Source of the DNA: Entomortierella parvispora E1425
Taxonomy: Eukaryota; Fungi; Mortierellomycota
Assembly (NCBI GenBank): GCA_020891255.1
Contig: BQFW01000008.1
Location: 2,480,001-2,544,000, forward strand
DNA length: 64,000 nucleotides
Direction of reading: 5' to 3'
Positions within the stretch are counted from its first letter, which is position 1, and the number at the start of each line of letters is the position of its first letter. The position numbers were made by a program, and so were the translations under genes. Positions 39,469 through 52,474 of this stretch are shown piece after piece. Below the pieces are notes generated by a model. The model made no database searches. It was not told where the DNA came from and was given only the letters and a program-made list of their open reading frames with translations.

Positions 39469-42400
39469 TTATTGCATGGATGCAGAAGGATCCCGGTTCA
39501 CCTCGATGGATCGCACAAGACCGAAGCCTACCCGCTCAATCTCAGCCATCAAGGCCTCGAAGTTGGGTACAACCAGCTTGGAGGGTGCAGCTCCCTTTCC
39601 GCTCTTGGCCTTTGATTCCTCTTGGACCTACATAAGGTTGTAAAAAAAAAATGAAGGGACAGGGTCAGGGTCAGTCGAGGACATCTTACTAGCAATCTTT
39701 TCAAACCCCATAATATGCAGCAACTCGACAACAAGAGAATGATCACTTACCAAGTCACCGTTCTTGTTGACATCAGCGGGCTTGCTGTTGAATCCAAGGT
39801 TGACCTTCCAGGCCCTTGGGCTCAATGAAATAGGGTTCCAGAGAACACCGATTTGCGTACCACCATACTTGTCGTGGAAGAACAGGGCAATGTCGCCAAA
39901 CGACCGTTGCAACTCGGCCAAATATTCGGCAGCGGGGTCAAAGTCAATCAAGATCTGGTCTCCAAACACACTCTTCTGGAAGGTTTGCAAGTTCTTGTAC
40001 TTGTCACCCTTGGTTGTGAAGTATTGTGCCTCAGCCGTCAAGTTCTGAGCGTACCGTGGGCACATCGCGGGATCCAGGTCGATGACCATATCATAGTGCA
40101 CTGTAGGCGTAATAAACAAGGGGTTCAAGGCTGAAGAACTCGTTGTTGCGGAGGATGATGTCGTCTTGTTCAAGTGGTCCAAACTGGTCTTTGCCAAGCT
40201 GCGCAAGCGGGCTACAATCATGGTCGAAGGCGACTGCCATGTCCACCACTTAGAGAAGGTATCTTTGCTCGTCGCAATAAACATGTTGGCGTGATCACTC
40301 GAAATTGCCGTCGTCTTTGTCTGTGGCGAGCTCTTGGAAGTGGAGGCGATCATATTCTTCCTGGTGTTGGCAAAGTTATGACGGATATCCTCACGCTCCT
40401 TGGCAGTCATCTCTCCAGTCAAGTCCACGACCAAAGGTTCATGCTTCCAGTCCCATGATGACAACAAGTTCAAGACACGAGCAAATCCTGTGAATCCACT
40501 GGCAGGGGCTGTCCAAGGAGCGGCGTCCACATAAACATAGGCAGCCAACAATTCCAAGGCCTCGTCGTTGAAGAAAGGAGACAGCCAATGAGCGCTGACC
40601 CATCGCTTGGTCAAACGGATTGTCTGAGAAAGAGAAGGGTGCTTGTGGCAGAGAGCGTGCACCTGGAAAGTATGCATGGGCGCCTGAACAAAGTAACGGT
40701 TGTAAAGATCCAATGCCTTCTGGTGCTGATCCTTCAAGCTCTGGCTGGACTTGCGGTCCGAGATCACATTCTCGCAAATGGTAATCTCGTTATCGTGTGA
40801 AATTCTGCAGCGGAAGACATATCCTGGAGCGACACGAACATCCATGTATCCGTTCAATCCCAATGACTCCTCTGCAGTTTCCTCAACCACGGTAGCGCGC
40901 ATGCCCTTGTACTTGATCTTGTCGGCCAAACGGAGATAGAAAGCAGTCTTCATCCTTTGGATAGCTTTCAAGTTGGTGGGCCACTTTTGAGAGGACTCGA
41001 ACTGGATGATCACGTCAAAAGCCTCGACGTACTGGGCACTGTCGGGGAAGCTTGTAGCTTTGGCGGAGAAGTCGCGAGGCTGGGGAATAAAGGTGGATGA
41101 GAGACGAGCGGCAGGGGAGGCAAAATACATGTGGGTGACCGACAAGGGCATATCCTCGGCAGTCTTAACCACCTTGGCCAAGGACTCAAAGGCAGCGACC
41201 ACTGACTGGAAGCCGTTGGCAGCAGCAGTCTTGTTGTCAAAGAGACGCTCAGGAACAACCTTGCTGTTGTACTGGATGAACTTGTTCAACTGACCGGCCC
41301 AGTAATGGACAGAGTCCTGGGGAACTGAAAGGTGGATCTTCAACAAATGGCTGATCATCTGTCCGACAATCAAATGGCGAGCATCCGCTCCTTGAGCCTC
41401 CCAGACAGCACTCTCAAGAATACTACCGTCCTTGAATCGACGGAGTTCGGCCTTCTTTCCCCATAGAGCACGGAAGACCTTGGCAGCCTCCAAATCATCA
41501 GCGGGAGGGCCCATATCGACAAGACGCGAGCTCTCAGAGTGATCCAACAACAGTCCGATGGTGACGACCGAATGGTCTCCGAAATCAGGAGCAATCGATG
41601 AAACAGACCAGTTCTCAAGAGGCTCATAGCGGGTGGCCACCAAGTGAATTCTGTCCGTCAAACCGCGCTTCAACAAGGGAGCGATCGAGCGAGCAAAATG
41701 GATAAAAGGCGATGGGTAATCCAGAGACACGGTAGGGGTGTATGTTTTCAACTGCTCCAGGTTCTTGGGAACATGGATCTTGACCACGTTATCGAAGCGG
41801 AGCATAGGGTTATCGACTCTCTTTAAGAAAATGGCCTCGAACTTGTCGTCGCTAGACTCCGAGAAGAATTTCGATGCCAAACGTGCCTCATGCTGAATCT
41901 CGTCCAATGCAGCCTTAGAGACGTGTCCAGTCAAGTTCATTCTTCCTGAAGGGTCCACCATGACGACATCGAAGTTGGCCACAAAAGCCTCCTTGGAGAA
42001 CTCTGCTGAGGTGTTATCCTGACCCATGAAGATGGGCTGGGCAGTGAAGTCGTGTTGAGCCAAATAATCGATGGTACCCTTGGCAAGTTGGTACGAACTG
42101 AATCCATTGGCAAGCTTCTTTCCTCCGTTGGCTCCTCCACTCTGCAACAAGTATGCCATCAACATTTCCAGCATGAATCCATTGAAACCCTCGCTCGTGC
42201 GGCGAATCAAGCCACGCTGACCAGCCCAAACCTTGAGCAAGATGCAGCCATCTTTGAAGGCGGCGCAGTTTTTGCTGTGCTGGTAGAGGAATGTGAGATG
42301 AGAGGTGAAGGAGGTGTCCTGCTGAAGGGCGGTGTTGTACTGAGGCGTGGCTGGCTGCTCGGCGGCATCCGAACGAACGTTGTTACGGCCAGGAGCCAGG

Positions 42401-43610
42401 CGCTGTGCGGGGAAAACTGTGGAAGGAATGAAGGGAATGATCCTGATCGTGCAGCGCAACTTCTTGAAATCCGTCTCGCTCTTATCTCCTGAGGGGTGGA
42501 GGATCAAAATGGGCTTGCGTTGATCTCCGTTCAACGTGCTGAATTCGATCTTTGAACTGGACATTCCCGACTTCTTGTCATGAATGGCGGATGCCAAGAC
42601 GGCAAGATAGTACGCACGCTTGTAAAAGTAGCGGTAGTTCATATGGTCCTTCTCCTGGAAGAGCTCCTCGGGCATCTCGACTGCGACATCCACACTCCAG
42701 CCCTCGCGGGCCTTGGCAACAGTCTTCAAAGGGAAACTGCCGACAAGGTGCATGGCGGAAGGTGCAGCATAACCGAAGGTGTACTGAATATCTGAGGCGG
42801 GTGCAGGAGAGGGGAAAGGGATCACAATTGACTTCTTCTTCATGTTGGTCTTAATTGCGGCAAGCTAGAGAGGAGCATACTTAGGTTAGACAACGGTACC
42901 AGTTTGGCATCACCAGTTTCCTCTTTCTTTCAAGACTCCTGCTCCTACCGAAAGTTCTTTGTGAGCTGGCGTCTTGTCAAAAATCTCCTTGAGCTTGCGG
43001 AGAGCTGACTCAAGAGGGTGTGCCTTCTTATAATCCACTTGGACCTCCTTCAACAACTCCTCAATCTGAAGCTTGAAGATGTTGGATTTGAAGAGATCAG
43101 AGGACTCCTGCAGCCCCTGGATTTCCTCGTTGGTGGGGGCTTTGTACAATGAAGAACCCTTGACACCAGAGGAACGCTGTGCCTTTGAAGAAGCATCAAA
43201 CTCTGCAGCAGCCATGAACTCGTCCTGCTCTTCCTCGACCTCCTCTTCATCGTCGGAGTCATCATCCAGGGCCATCTCTTCGCCCTCAATATAATCTCCT
43301 TCCTCGTCGTCCTCGTCCTCGTCTTCATCATCATCCTCGTCATCATCTTCCTCCTCGTCAATCATATCGTCAAAGGACTCCTCGGATGACTCGGGTTCAG
43401 GTTCCACTACTTTGCGAGACTGTTGGCACAAAAGAATGTCGTTGGTTAGTGAATAAACGACAGGAATGAAGAGCGTGTTTTCAAAGGTTAATGAAGGCGG
43501 TGAGCAATGGATGAGGCTGAGGAAGGACTGAAAGGACTGAATCGCGGGTTTACCTTCTTGGCAGCGACAGGCGCAGGGCCAGCGGCCTTGCGTTTGATTG
43601 AGGGTGCCAT
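39469..43610 (-). CDS. UTP22: U3 snoRNP/SSU processome protein Utp22 (Nrap/NOL6 family); 4 exons
   Basis: SSDLFKSNIFKLQIEELL, VDVAVEMP..LFQEKDHMNYRYFYKRAYYLA, FRALWGKKAELRRFKDGSILES and LFFHDKYGGTQIGVLWNP motifs. Confidence 0.95.
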
Positions 43611-43949
43611 GGGGGATGGTGATGTGGTGGAATGAAAGCAAATGCGAACGGACTTTCACTCTCTTCAATGCTTTCAGTTCAGCAATGCAACGACGGAGAT
43701 GCACTGGGCTGGCACACAGAAAAAAAAAAGAAAAAAAAACGAAAAACAAACCCAAGCCACCGCCACCAAAAGTGACTGTCATTGATTCCCAAAGTAATCG
43801 CGTATCGCGAACACACGTGGGTGGTTTGCATTGGGTTCGCTCTGGGTTCGCTGTGGGTTCGCTGTGCTCCTCGCTGCTGCATCCGTTCGGCTCTTCTTTC
43901 CTCTTCTTCCCACACTCCTTTCAAAGAACTCAATTGCAATCCCACAAAA

Positions 43950-44501
43950 ATGTTGGCCACCATCCCCCAACAAAACAAGATTGATAAAAAAGTACCCAAC
44001 TCTGAAGAAACTATGGAGCTCCCTGCTGAGAATCGTACGTTTCCTTGCAAGACACTCCTCACCGAGATACAAACTGATCGACCTTACCCTACCACCACCA
44101 TCAAAGTTGCCTTCGGCAAGGGTCTAATGGCTACCCAAGACTGCTCGGTCGGCACTGTCCTGGAAAAATTCGAAGGTCAAGTCCTTGAGTATGGAGAACT
44201 GGGATCAGAGGACATACCGATTGTTCTGAACTTTTTACAAGATGGACAATGGAAATGGTTATTGGCCTCTACGCCAGCTATCTATGCCAACCACCATTGT
44301 AGTCCGAACGCGTGGATAAATGAGAAGCAAGAAATTGTAGCTATTCGAATGTTGAAGAAAGGGGACGAGGTTGGCTATATCTATAATCGAGGAACAGCAG
44401 CCGACAAGTGGGACCCAATGTGGACGTTCGAGTGCAAATGTGGCGCAAAAAAGTGTCAGGGCATGGTGGATACCCACAGGTCGTGGGATCCAGAATATTG
44501 A
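43950..44501 (+). CDS. Stand-alone, intronless SET plus post-SET domain protein (183 aa, or shorter from a downstream Met)
   Basis: GKGLMA (GxG), YANHHCSPN (NHxCxPN), GDEVGYIY (GEELxxDY-like) and post-SET CKCGAKKCQG. Confidence 0.85.
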   Translation: MLATIPQQNKIDKKVPNSEETMELPAENRTFPCKTLLTEIQTDRPYPTTTIKVAFGKGLMATQDCSVGTVLEKFEGQVLEYGELGSEDIPIVLNFLQDGQWKWLLASTPAIYANHHCSPNAWINEKQEIVAIRMLKKGDEVGYIYNRGTAADKWDPMWTFECKCGAKKCQGMVDTHRSWDPEY

Positions 44502-44609
44502 CCGTGGGAGAGGAGTAATTGCGAGTACAGAATCATGCATACAAGTGAGGTCTGTAGAGCACAGACAGATTGAATATATGTATCGCTGCCTTTTATGTAT
44601 ACTACCCAA

Positions 44610-46041
44610 CTACCTCTCAACTATGACCTCCATCGCTGGCTCGCCGGCCGACGGATTAGTATTTGAGTTGTATACACTTCGATCAGCAGTCGTCCGACTT
44701 CCAAATGAGGTTGGGGGCGTCGACCGGCTTCCGTACGATGTTGGAGGAGTGAGTGTGATCGCTGACATTGCCGTCAATGATCTTATTGATGAGGGTGGCT
44801 GTAGTAAAGCTGGACTTGGCTCTTCTGATGGCACCACCTCTGCTTCTGTATCTGCTGTTGCTGTGGCTGCCCTTTCTGCAGCTGCCGCCGCCGCTGATGT
44901 TGGTGTTGCTGTCGTCTCTACTTCTGGCATCTCAACTACCACCTCTCTCGCTTGTGGTGCAGTTGCGTTTTCCTCCGCTGACTCGTTTTCCTGCGTTGTC
45001 TGCACTTCAGTCATGACAGGCTCACGATTACCGCCGGTGGGTGAGGCGGCGATTGCTCTTGGAAACATGAGTCCAAGGAGTGACTCTGTGGGAAGTGAGG
45101 GTGAGAGCAAATGGGGCATCTCTGCACTGACCCATTTGAGGTGCATCCACGTGCAAAAAAATCCATAAATCTGCAAGAGCAACTATTACAACAAGACAAG
45201 AGAAGACCGATGAGCTTTAGAATCCAGATGGAACGACTGACATCTTTTGGTATCCAACAAACACTCTTACGATAGAAAACCCGCCACAGTAGCGCCTGAC
45301 GACATCCATATCGCTCAATGCGCTCATGTCTGAGAAGATAATCCCGAGGACCGTATGAAAAAATTCAAAGACCGTGTCGATCCCGAATAGTAGATTGTAT
45401 CTGCCCATCCATCGGATGTTAAACTACCGAGAAAGAGAATGTACGCAGAAAGATACAGACGCGTTAATTTCTCAAGCACACCTCCCATCCTTCTTGGTGT
45501 TTGTGCATGAACTGCTTCGCCCCCTTCGTTGCTTTTTCTTCCTACCTTCAGATTCGCCCGAAAGCCGATGACGGCTTTGATCATCATTAAGATCAACCAA
45601 CTCGTATAAACATATTGTGCTAAAAGGTATGCCGGGTCCTTGGGTTTGGAGACAACGACCCCAGCGCCAGTTGTCGTCGTTGCCATCAAGGGCAAGTTCT
45701 TGAGTTCACCCCCAAAGAAAGCTGCGTTCTTGCAAAAGTCGAGGACAATGATCACAAGGACCTATTTGCGCAACATGAATGGAAAGAAACAAGCGCACCA
45801 TATTTTTTTTAGTCAGTTAAGGCAAAGTGGATAAAAGGAAATGCGCATTTTTGTTTTTTTGGGTGGATGGCGATTGCAATTTCATGGTAATGTGGTGTCG
45901 GGGCGTGCATTTTCGGTGCGATCCCAATAAAAAAAAATCGGCCGAATGAATCATTTCACCGAGCACCACTGTGACACTTACACCTTGAGTGAGGGGGATG
46001 AAGAAGAAAAAATTCGCGTGGAATCTCCGGGGCTGTATCAT
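44610..46041 (-). CDS. Uncharacterised multi-pass (about 4 TM) membrane protein with an acidic/low-complexity tail; 4 exons
   Basis: Spliced MIQPRRFHANFFFFIPLTQG|VLVIIVLDF...YVYTSWLILMMIKAVIGFRANLK|FNIRWMGRYNLLFGIDTVFEFFHTVLGIIF...GGFSI|LLLQIYGFFCTWMHLKW; three phase-0 GT-AG introns. Confidence 0.7.
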
Positions 46042-47426
46042 GGCGGGATGGTATGGTTCTTTGTCTCTTGGTCCCTCTTCTCTCGTCTGAATAGTTTCAA
46101 AGTGTTCCAGGAATCAACGCCCCATTCGTTCTCTGCAGGAGATAGAAGGAATGATGGCTCTTGTTTGTTGGACTGAATATGTTCCTGTTTTTGACTGTTA
46201 TCCCTCTTTGTGTTTGCCTTTGCTGAAACGGTGCTTGGAAAGTAGAGTAAGAACGGGACAGAGTGATGGCGACAAGAGATGGGCTAGATGAGGAGAGGTG
46301 GAATGTGCAGGTCGTCAAGAAGTAAATGAGCAGTGCAATGAGGATGGAGACGTTGTGAAAGGCTGAGGAACAAGCTGCTCCAGGAGAAGAACACACAACA
46401 AAAGCAAAAAAAAAAAGTGGGTTCGTTTCTTTTGTGAAATACAGCGCTTGAGTTGTTGAGAGAACAAAAGGAGAAAAAGAAAAAAAAACGAGAGTTACCC
46501 CGAGGACTTGCATGCCTGGCAAGCGCTGTCTCTCTTGCCTCTTGCGCCCAGGCAGGAAGCGGTGCACCCTGCGCTTCATCAGCATCATCAATGCCCCATG
46601 TGTTCACCCAGGAAGTGAACACAGAGGACACTACCCTTTGAACTCTTGCCCCCTCTTTAGGACAAAATGTTCCTGGCTTCTTTGGTTGGTTACCCCGCAC
46701 TAGCAATGACCTCAAAAACTATGTTGCTGAGCACTTGTCTTTTCAAACTCTTTCTGGGTTCTCTGCAGACGTCAGTTGCTCTCTCTTCCTCTGAGAATGC
46801 GGGGTTGTGTTATCCACCTTCAATTGACGCTTGCCACGGGACACGCGCCCCTCCTCTTCAATTGAGGTGATCAACACTGCCTTTCTAACACAACAGTCTA
46901 CCAAAAGGGACCTTACCGACCTTGTGGGCATAGAGTCTTGGACCGCAAACACATTCTTTCGTAGCACATCGTCATCCCATCCCCCGCATTTTTTTTTCTA
47001 TGCGATCTATTTGCCGATTACGTTCCCCAGATATTCCCTGAAATGGCAGGAGGGCCGAAACTGAAAGTGATGAGGGGATGAGGGGTATACACCACAAACT
47101 TCAAGGCTATCATCCTCGATCGTATTCTTGCTCTTGCTCACGCGCGCAAACCTACTCAATATCAATGTTCACCCAAGGTTTTCTTTTCGAAAAAAAGAAA
47201 AAAACACAAAAAAACAAAAAAAAACGCGGGCAATTCGCGTTCCTGTGAAATGTGCCCCTTTGGGCCATTCGGATCTACCATCCCAACCTGCCCACGCAGC
47301 ATGAGTAATAATGGAGGCAGAAAGCACGTTTTTTTATTATGGGTATGCAAATATAGATAAATAACAGCAGCTTGAGAAATGATAAGCAATGCAAGTTTTT
47401 TTTTAAAAAAAAGAGAGAGAAGACCT

Positions 47427-49321
47427 TTAAGCGGTCTTTCGCTCGTCGACCCTCATGGTTTCCATTTCGCGCAGGAACCTATAAATGAAGGCAAGGGTAG
47501 AAAGAAGGTTAGCAAAACGCGTTTTGTTACTGTTGTTGATAACTCTCTTGGAACTACAGACTTCACTTACCACTGGACTGCAAGGAACAGCGCCACAGCA
47601 ATGCCGGTCAACGCAATCACGTGGACATTGCCTTCTGAAGCAAAGATGAGGAAACCGAGGGAGAGGAAAAGAGCCACAAAGACCACGTTCAACAACTTGA
47701 TCAGTCCAGGGTTAACGCCCTTCTCAAAGATGGACGAGACCATGCCTCCCATCATGTCGGTGGGTCCATCTTTTTGGACCATTCCGGATGAGGCTAACTC
47801 CTTGGCGCTCTCCTGCTCTGTTGTAGTCGACGCGACGTCAACATTGGGCTCTTTGGACTCGTCGGAGACAGCAGCCTTTTTGGCCTTGCGCTTGCTCAGC
47901 TTGGGTGTAGTGGGCTCGGCAACAGCGGGGGATTGCGCATGGACCTCTTCGGGTTCCGAAACAACCTTGGGGGCAGGGGCAGACACGGCGACAGTCGTCT
48001 TCTTTGATTTCTTGCCCTCCATGCGAGGCGAGTTGGCAGCAGAACCAGGATTGGAGCCAGACTTTTTCTTGTTCTTCTTTCCAAATGAAGTCTTTTGAGC
48101 AGCTTTTGCCGCAGCGGCAGCACGCAAAAGTCTCTCCTCTTCCTGAGAAGCATCAGACTGATCGTCTTCCTCGTCTTCGTTCTCCTGAGCCGGTGTCTCG
48201 TCCTGCAACAAATAGATGGGCATCTTGGAATGAATCTCTACTGCAGCCGAGGAGGTCTGTTGTGAGGATCTAGTCTTGCGGCTCTTCTTGGACTTTGACT
48301 GTTCCTGCCATTCATCATCCAGCTCCTCATCGTCTCCGAGGCTCTCGACTTGCCACTGATCCTCTGCTTCAACCTTCTCTGTTGCCTCTGGAACCACAGA
48401 CTTCAAAGCTTCCTTGGTCTTTCTGTCCTTTTCTGCTGCCTCCTCAGCCCGAATCCGCTCCTGCTCCTGTTCGGCAAGCAGTTGTGCGGCGGCAAGAGCC
48501 TCCCTCTGCTGGTTCTCCTTATCCTTCTTAGCCTTCTCCTCCTTCTTCTGCTTCTTCGATGCAGCAGCAGTTGCAGCTGCAATTGCATCAGCTGCCTCGC
48601 GTTCTTTCTGTTCGGCAGCGGCAGCAGCGGATGCAGCAGCCTGAGCCTGTCGAATGGCCAATGCTTCCTCTTCCTCTTTCTTTTCTTGCTCCAACTGAAG
48701 TGCAAGTGCGTGCTTTGCCTCTTCCTTACGTCTACGCTCTTCCTCTTCCTGTTCCCGCTCCTTGGCTGCCAGAATCTCCTGTGTTGCCTGGTCCTCTTCC
48801 TCCTCTGCTTCTTCCTGTTCCTGACGAAGCTTCTCCTCCTCGGCCTCCTTCTCTCGGGCGCGCACCAGGATCTCGTTCACGTCCTCTGCATCTTCGGTAT
48901 CCTGCAAGAGATCAAAGTAACTAGAAGTCGAGACACCAGTCGAGGCATTAGGGCGGCCCTTTTGGGCTTGCTGGACCTTGCTGGCACGAGCCATCTGCTT
49001 CTTGGAGACCACGGGCTGGAACTCGTCTGTGCCAAAGATCTGCTTCTTTTTCTTCTTGGGGATCTTTTCGATAAGGTTATCTGACTGTTGGGATTCGGAA
49101 GAGATGAGGGATGAGGTCGAGTTGGATGATGGAATGGTGGCAAGGACAGGCACCTCTTGGTCCTGAGACTCTTGCTCCTGTGGTTGCTCCTGCTCCTGGA
49201 TGGTCGCGTGCTTGTCCTTGTGCTCCTTGGAGAGCGAAAAGGAGGAGGAGGAGGAGACCACCTGCCAACCGTCCTCGTCATCTTCAATGGACTGCTGGTG
49301 ATTGTTCTTGAAGGATGCCAT
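47427..49321 (-). CDS. PKR1: Pkr1-domain (ER V-ATPase assembly factor-like) protein with a roughly 520-aa charged/coiled-coil N-terminal extension; 2 exons
   Basis: C-terminal MVSSIFEKGVNPGLIKLLNVVFVALFLSLGFLIFASEGNVHVIALTGIAVALFLAVQW|FLRE resembles the Pkr1 two-TM motif; it is continuous in frame with an upstream E/K/A-rich ORF. Confidence 0.65.
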
Positions 49322-49498
49322 GGTACACGTGCGCTGAGGATCGGGATGCAAAGATGAAAAGATGGATGGAATAAAGAGATAAAAGAATGGAGTAGGCGAG
49401 AAGAAAGCAAGGAAAGGCGGACAATTGGTGAAAGACGGAGATGAGATGCGGCGGAATTCCGTTTTTCCTATTTGTTTTGATGATCAGATCTGGCGTGC

Positions 49499-49531
49499 GT
49501 GAGGCGTGAGGTGTGAGGTGTGAGGTGTGAG
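49499..49531. repeat. Heptamer tandem repeat (GTGAGGY) x about 4.7
   Basis: gtgaggc gtgaggt gtgaggt gtgaggt gtgag. Confidence 0.85.
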
Positions 49532-49794
49532 AAGGGGGGTTGGTGCCAGGAGCCTATTTCTCTTATCTGATACAGCCGACGTGGCAGATCGGTCTGGGAT
49601 CTTCCTTCTTTCTTGCAGTTCGCGGTATCCGACTAGCCGTTTTTTTCCTGCAAGGAAGAGGGAGACGTGCTGTACGCCATCTCTCTCAAATGCTGCTCTT
49701 CTCTTTCCCCGTTTCTACCGTCCGGGGCCAGTTTGAGTGAGCCCAGAGAAGGACTTCCAGCCTTCCAGGGCTGCTCCCAGTTCCCAGTCCAAGT

Positions 49795-51667
49795 TCAAGA
49801 ACGTCTGTGAAATTGGTGGCAACACGTGATGAATTGTATTCGTACTTTTATTCTCTCCCGCGCGGAGTGAGCCACGCCTGCTTTCGAGCACACCTCATAA
49901 AACTCTTGAAGGACATCTGGAGGCGGAACTTGATCCATATGGAATCTCTCAAGACCCTGAAGTCTTTCGAATAAGCAGGCAAATGTCTCGGGCTGATCGA
50001 CAACCCACTGTGTTTGTCCAAATGCAAGCAGTCGCAAGGACTTTGACAGGCCCCCTTGTTGCTCTGGGCCATCGTCACTACCTCCCAAGAGCTCGATGCC
50101 ATAACCAGGTAAGGGGATTAAATTCGTCCGCTTCAGTATCAGAGTCTTGAGCTTTAAGAGTCTTGACAACTGTCTGAAAGCAATCTGGTGGTCCGATCGG
50201 ATTCCAGAGGCGACTCGGAATCCCAGCGACAAATGCTCCAGAGTCCCTACGCAAGCCCAGGGCTTTGCCTCGCGTAACGGGAACAGTTGTGGCCAGTTGT
50301 ATTGGTAGATGGCCGAAAGTTCTGTTTTGTCGCTGAGTTGAACCATGTCATGAACTTGAATCATCCGCGAGCCTGCAGAGAAATATTTCAAGAATGGGCT
50401 ATTCTCGAGAAACAATTGAAGATCTAGACTGGAGATACATCTTTGGCGCGCCGGGATCGCTGGAGGTTGAGATGAAGAAGGATACCATGTATGCGACTCG
50501 GCAGCCATGGTGTCGTCCTGAGAGCTTTCTCCTCCCCGCGTATAACTGTCGATTTCCACATGAGTCAAGCACCAACAATGAGTTCGCAGATATAAGAGGT
50601 CTGCGGACGAAATCAATGGCTGATATTTGGCAGAGTGGCGGCTGTGTTTTTGGATTGTTCGAATCCTGGATCTGACTTCATTAAATCTTTGTCCTTCCAT
50701 TGTTCAGTTGGACCCAAAATCAGGGGAGTCGAATGTCGATAAAGTTCTAGGGGCATGTCGCCATCCACGCGAAACTCCTGCAATTGCGGACAAAATTGCT
50801 TCAATGCCCAAGTCAATGCTCGTGGCATATACCTCTGCAGGAACCCATTGGTATAGGCCGGGTAGCCTTTGATGTGAATGGAGGTAAGGTTGCCAAGTCT
50901 TTGAAAGAGCCTATAGAACTCTTCGTTGCTAGTGTCGATGAGATTGGTCTGAAAAATGTATGTACGAAGTCGATAACTGGGCCAACCGCGTCGGAAAAGA
51001 GGAGAGGTCTCAATATCAAGTGACTTACAGTTGCAGCCAAATATGGACAGATATCCAGGTTGGGCGTGCATTCTAGCAATCGCTCCAGGTTCATGTCGTT
51101 GGTCTTGACCTCTTGAGAGTACTCCCAGATATCCAGCTCCAGCTCCACGAGGTTCGTGAGGTTGTAGAGGATATCATAAAACCTCGTCAGCATGTCCATA
51201 GTCCTCGTGTATTTAAATCTGACTATTGCTGGTCGATCAGGCTCAGGTTTGACCTTAATTCTCCTCTCGTAGCCCTCGCCACCATCGCTATCGCTATCAT
51301 CTTCCGAATCCTGGTCATCATAATCTTGGAGGTCAGCAACTGGCACGGGCGATTGGAAATCGAGCACAATGTCCAACAGGTCATACTCCATTTCCCCCAG
51401 TTCACCGACGAGAAGCAATTCCCGGACGTGTCCTTAGTTGATCTTTATGGCTTCGACCGCGGACATTTCTGATATGACAGCGAGCTGAAGGCGACGGTAG
51501 AGAAACGGCTTGGCCTCAATTGACCACATCTTGCAGACTTGGAGGCAGGAGGAGATATCGGACTGATCGAGAAAGTAAAAAATGTTGCTCCAGATTTCAC
51601 TTGGGACATGGCTCGTCCTCAAAGGCGGGACTGTCAAGCTGGACTTTGTTGGCGAGTCCTTGTCCAT
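49795..51667 (-). pseudogene. F-box/RNI-like (LRR) protein gene disrupted by one in-frame stop and two frameshifts
   Basis: F-box VPSEIWSNIFYFLDQSDISSCLQVCKMW; in-frame TAA at 51436-51434; frame switches near 51058 and 50630; C-terminal WACVGTLEHLSLG and LSRLLKLKTLIL repeats. Confidence 0.75.
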
Positions 51668-51848
51668 GAGTCGATCGAGAACTGTGAAATGCTGTAGACT
51701 ACAGACGGTGGATGCGAGTGATAAACGAAATGCATGAGCAAAAGCAGAAAAAACAATAAAAAAGAAGCCGCCAGTCTAAATATACAATACTTCCCGGTCT
51801 TCCGATCTCTTTTCATCACCATTCGTTCATCCCCATTCATTCATCCCC

Positions 51849-52474
51849 ATGTTTCTTTCGGCCATCCGCACTCCTACCGTTACGCGCAGCTTGCAGGCGC
51901 AATCCACACGCGCCCTCTCTGTCTCGGGTAATGAAACAACTCAACATCGTTCTACATTTCTCTTTCATTACATTGGCTTCTCCCTTTTGGTTATTCATCG
52001 TTTTAACACTCACTCTATCCTTTCTACGTCTTGACGCGCTATCAACCTGTAGCTGCATTGAACGAAAAAAAGCAGTTTATCGTCATTGCTCACGACCATA
52101 CCGACGCTGATGCTCAGAAACGTCGTCTTTCAGTGCGCGAGACTCACTTGGCTGGAGCCCGTGCCTTGAAGAAGGATGGTACCCTTCAGCTCGGAGGTGC
52201 CCTTTTGACCAACCACTCCGAGTCTGGAAAGATGGTTGGATCTATCATGATCTTCTCTGCTGAATCTGAGGAGGATGTCCGCAAGATTATTGAAAAGTAT
52301 GGAGACAATCCGTTTGCCAAAGACGACTATTCTTTCTTCTTGAATGATACTAATCGGAGGGTTCTTTTTTTTCGCGTATTGCAATTGCTTTTCATCCACA
52401 GGGATCAATACGTTCAGGGCAATGTCTGGGCCAAGTACGACATCTACCCTTTTCGCCAAGCTGCCTTTCCCTGA
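51849..52474 (+). CDS. YCII-related domain protein with a mitochondrial-type presequence; 3 exons
   Basis: KQFIVIAHDHTD...RRLSVRETHL...GGALL...MVGSIMIFSAESEEDV...K|DQYVQGNVW; introns 51928-52052 and 52297-52401. Confidence 0.85.

Noticed and set aside
46495-46730. Structured-looking segment with a GCAAGTCCTCGGG motif (RNase MRP P4-like) and TGATGA boxes
   Set aside because: The complementary 3' P4 strand and a matching D box are absent; more likely 5' UTR or promoter of the adjacent membrane-protein gene.
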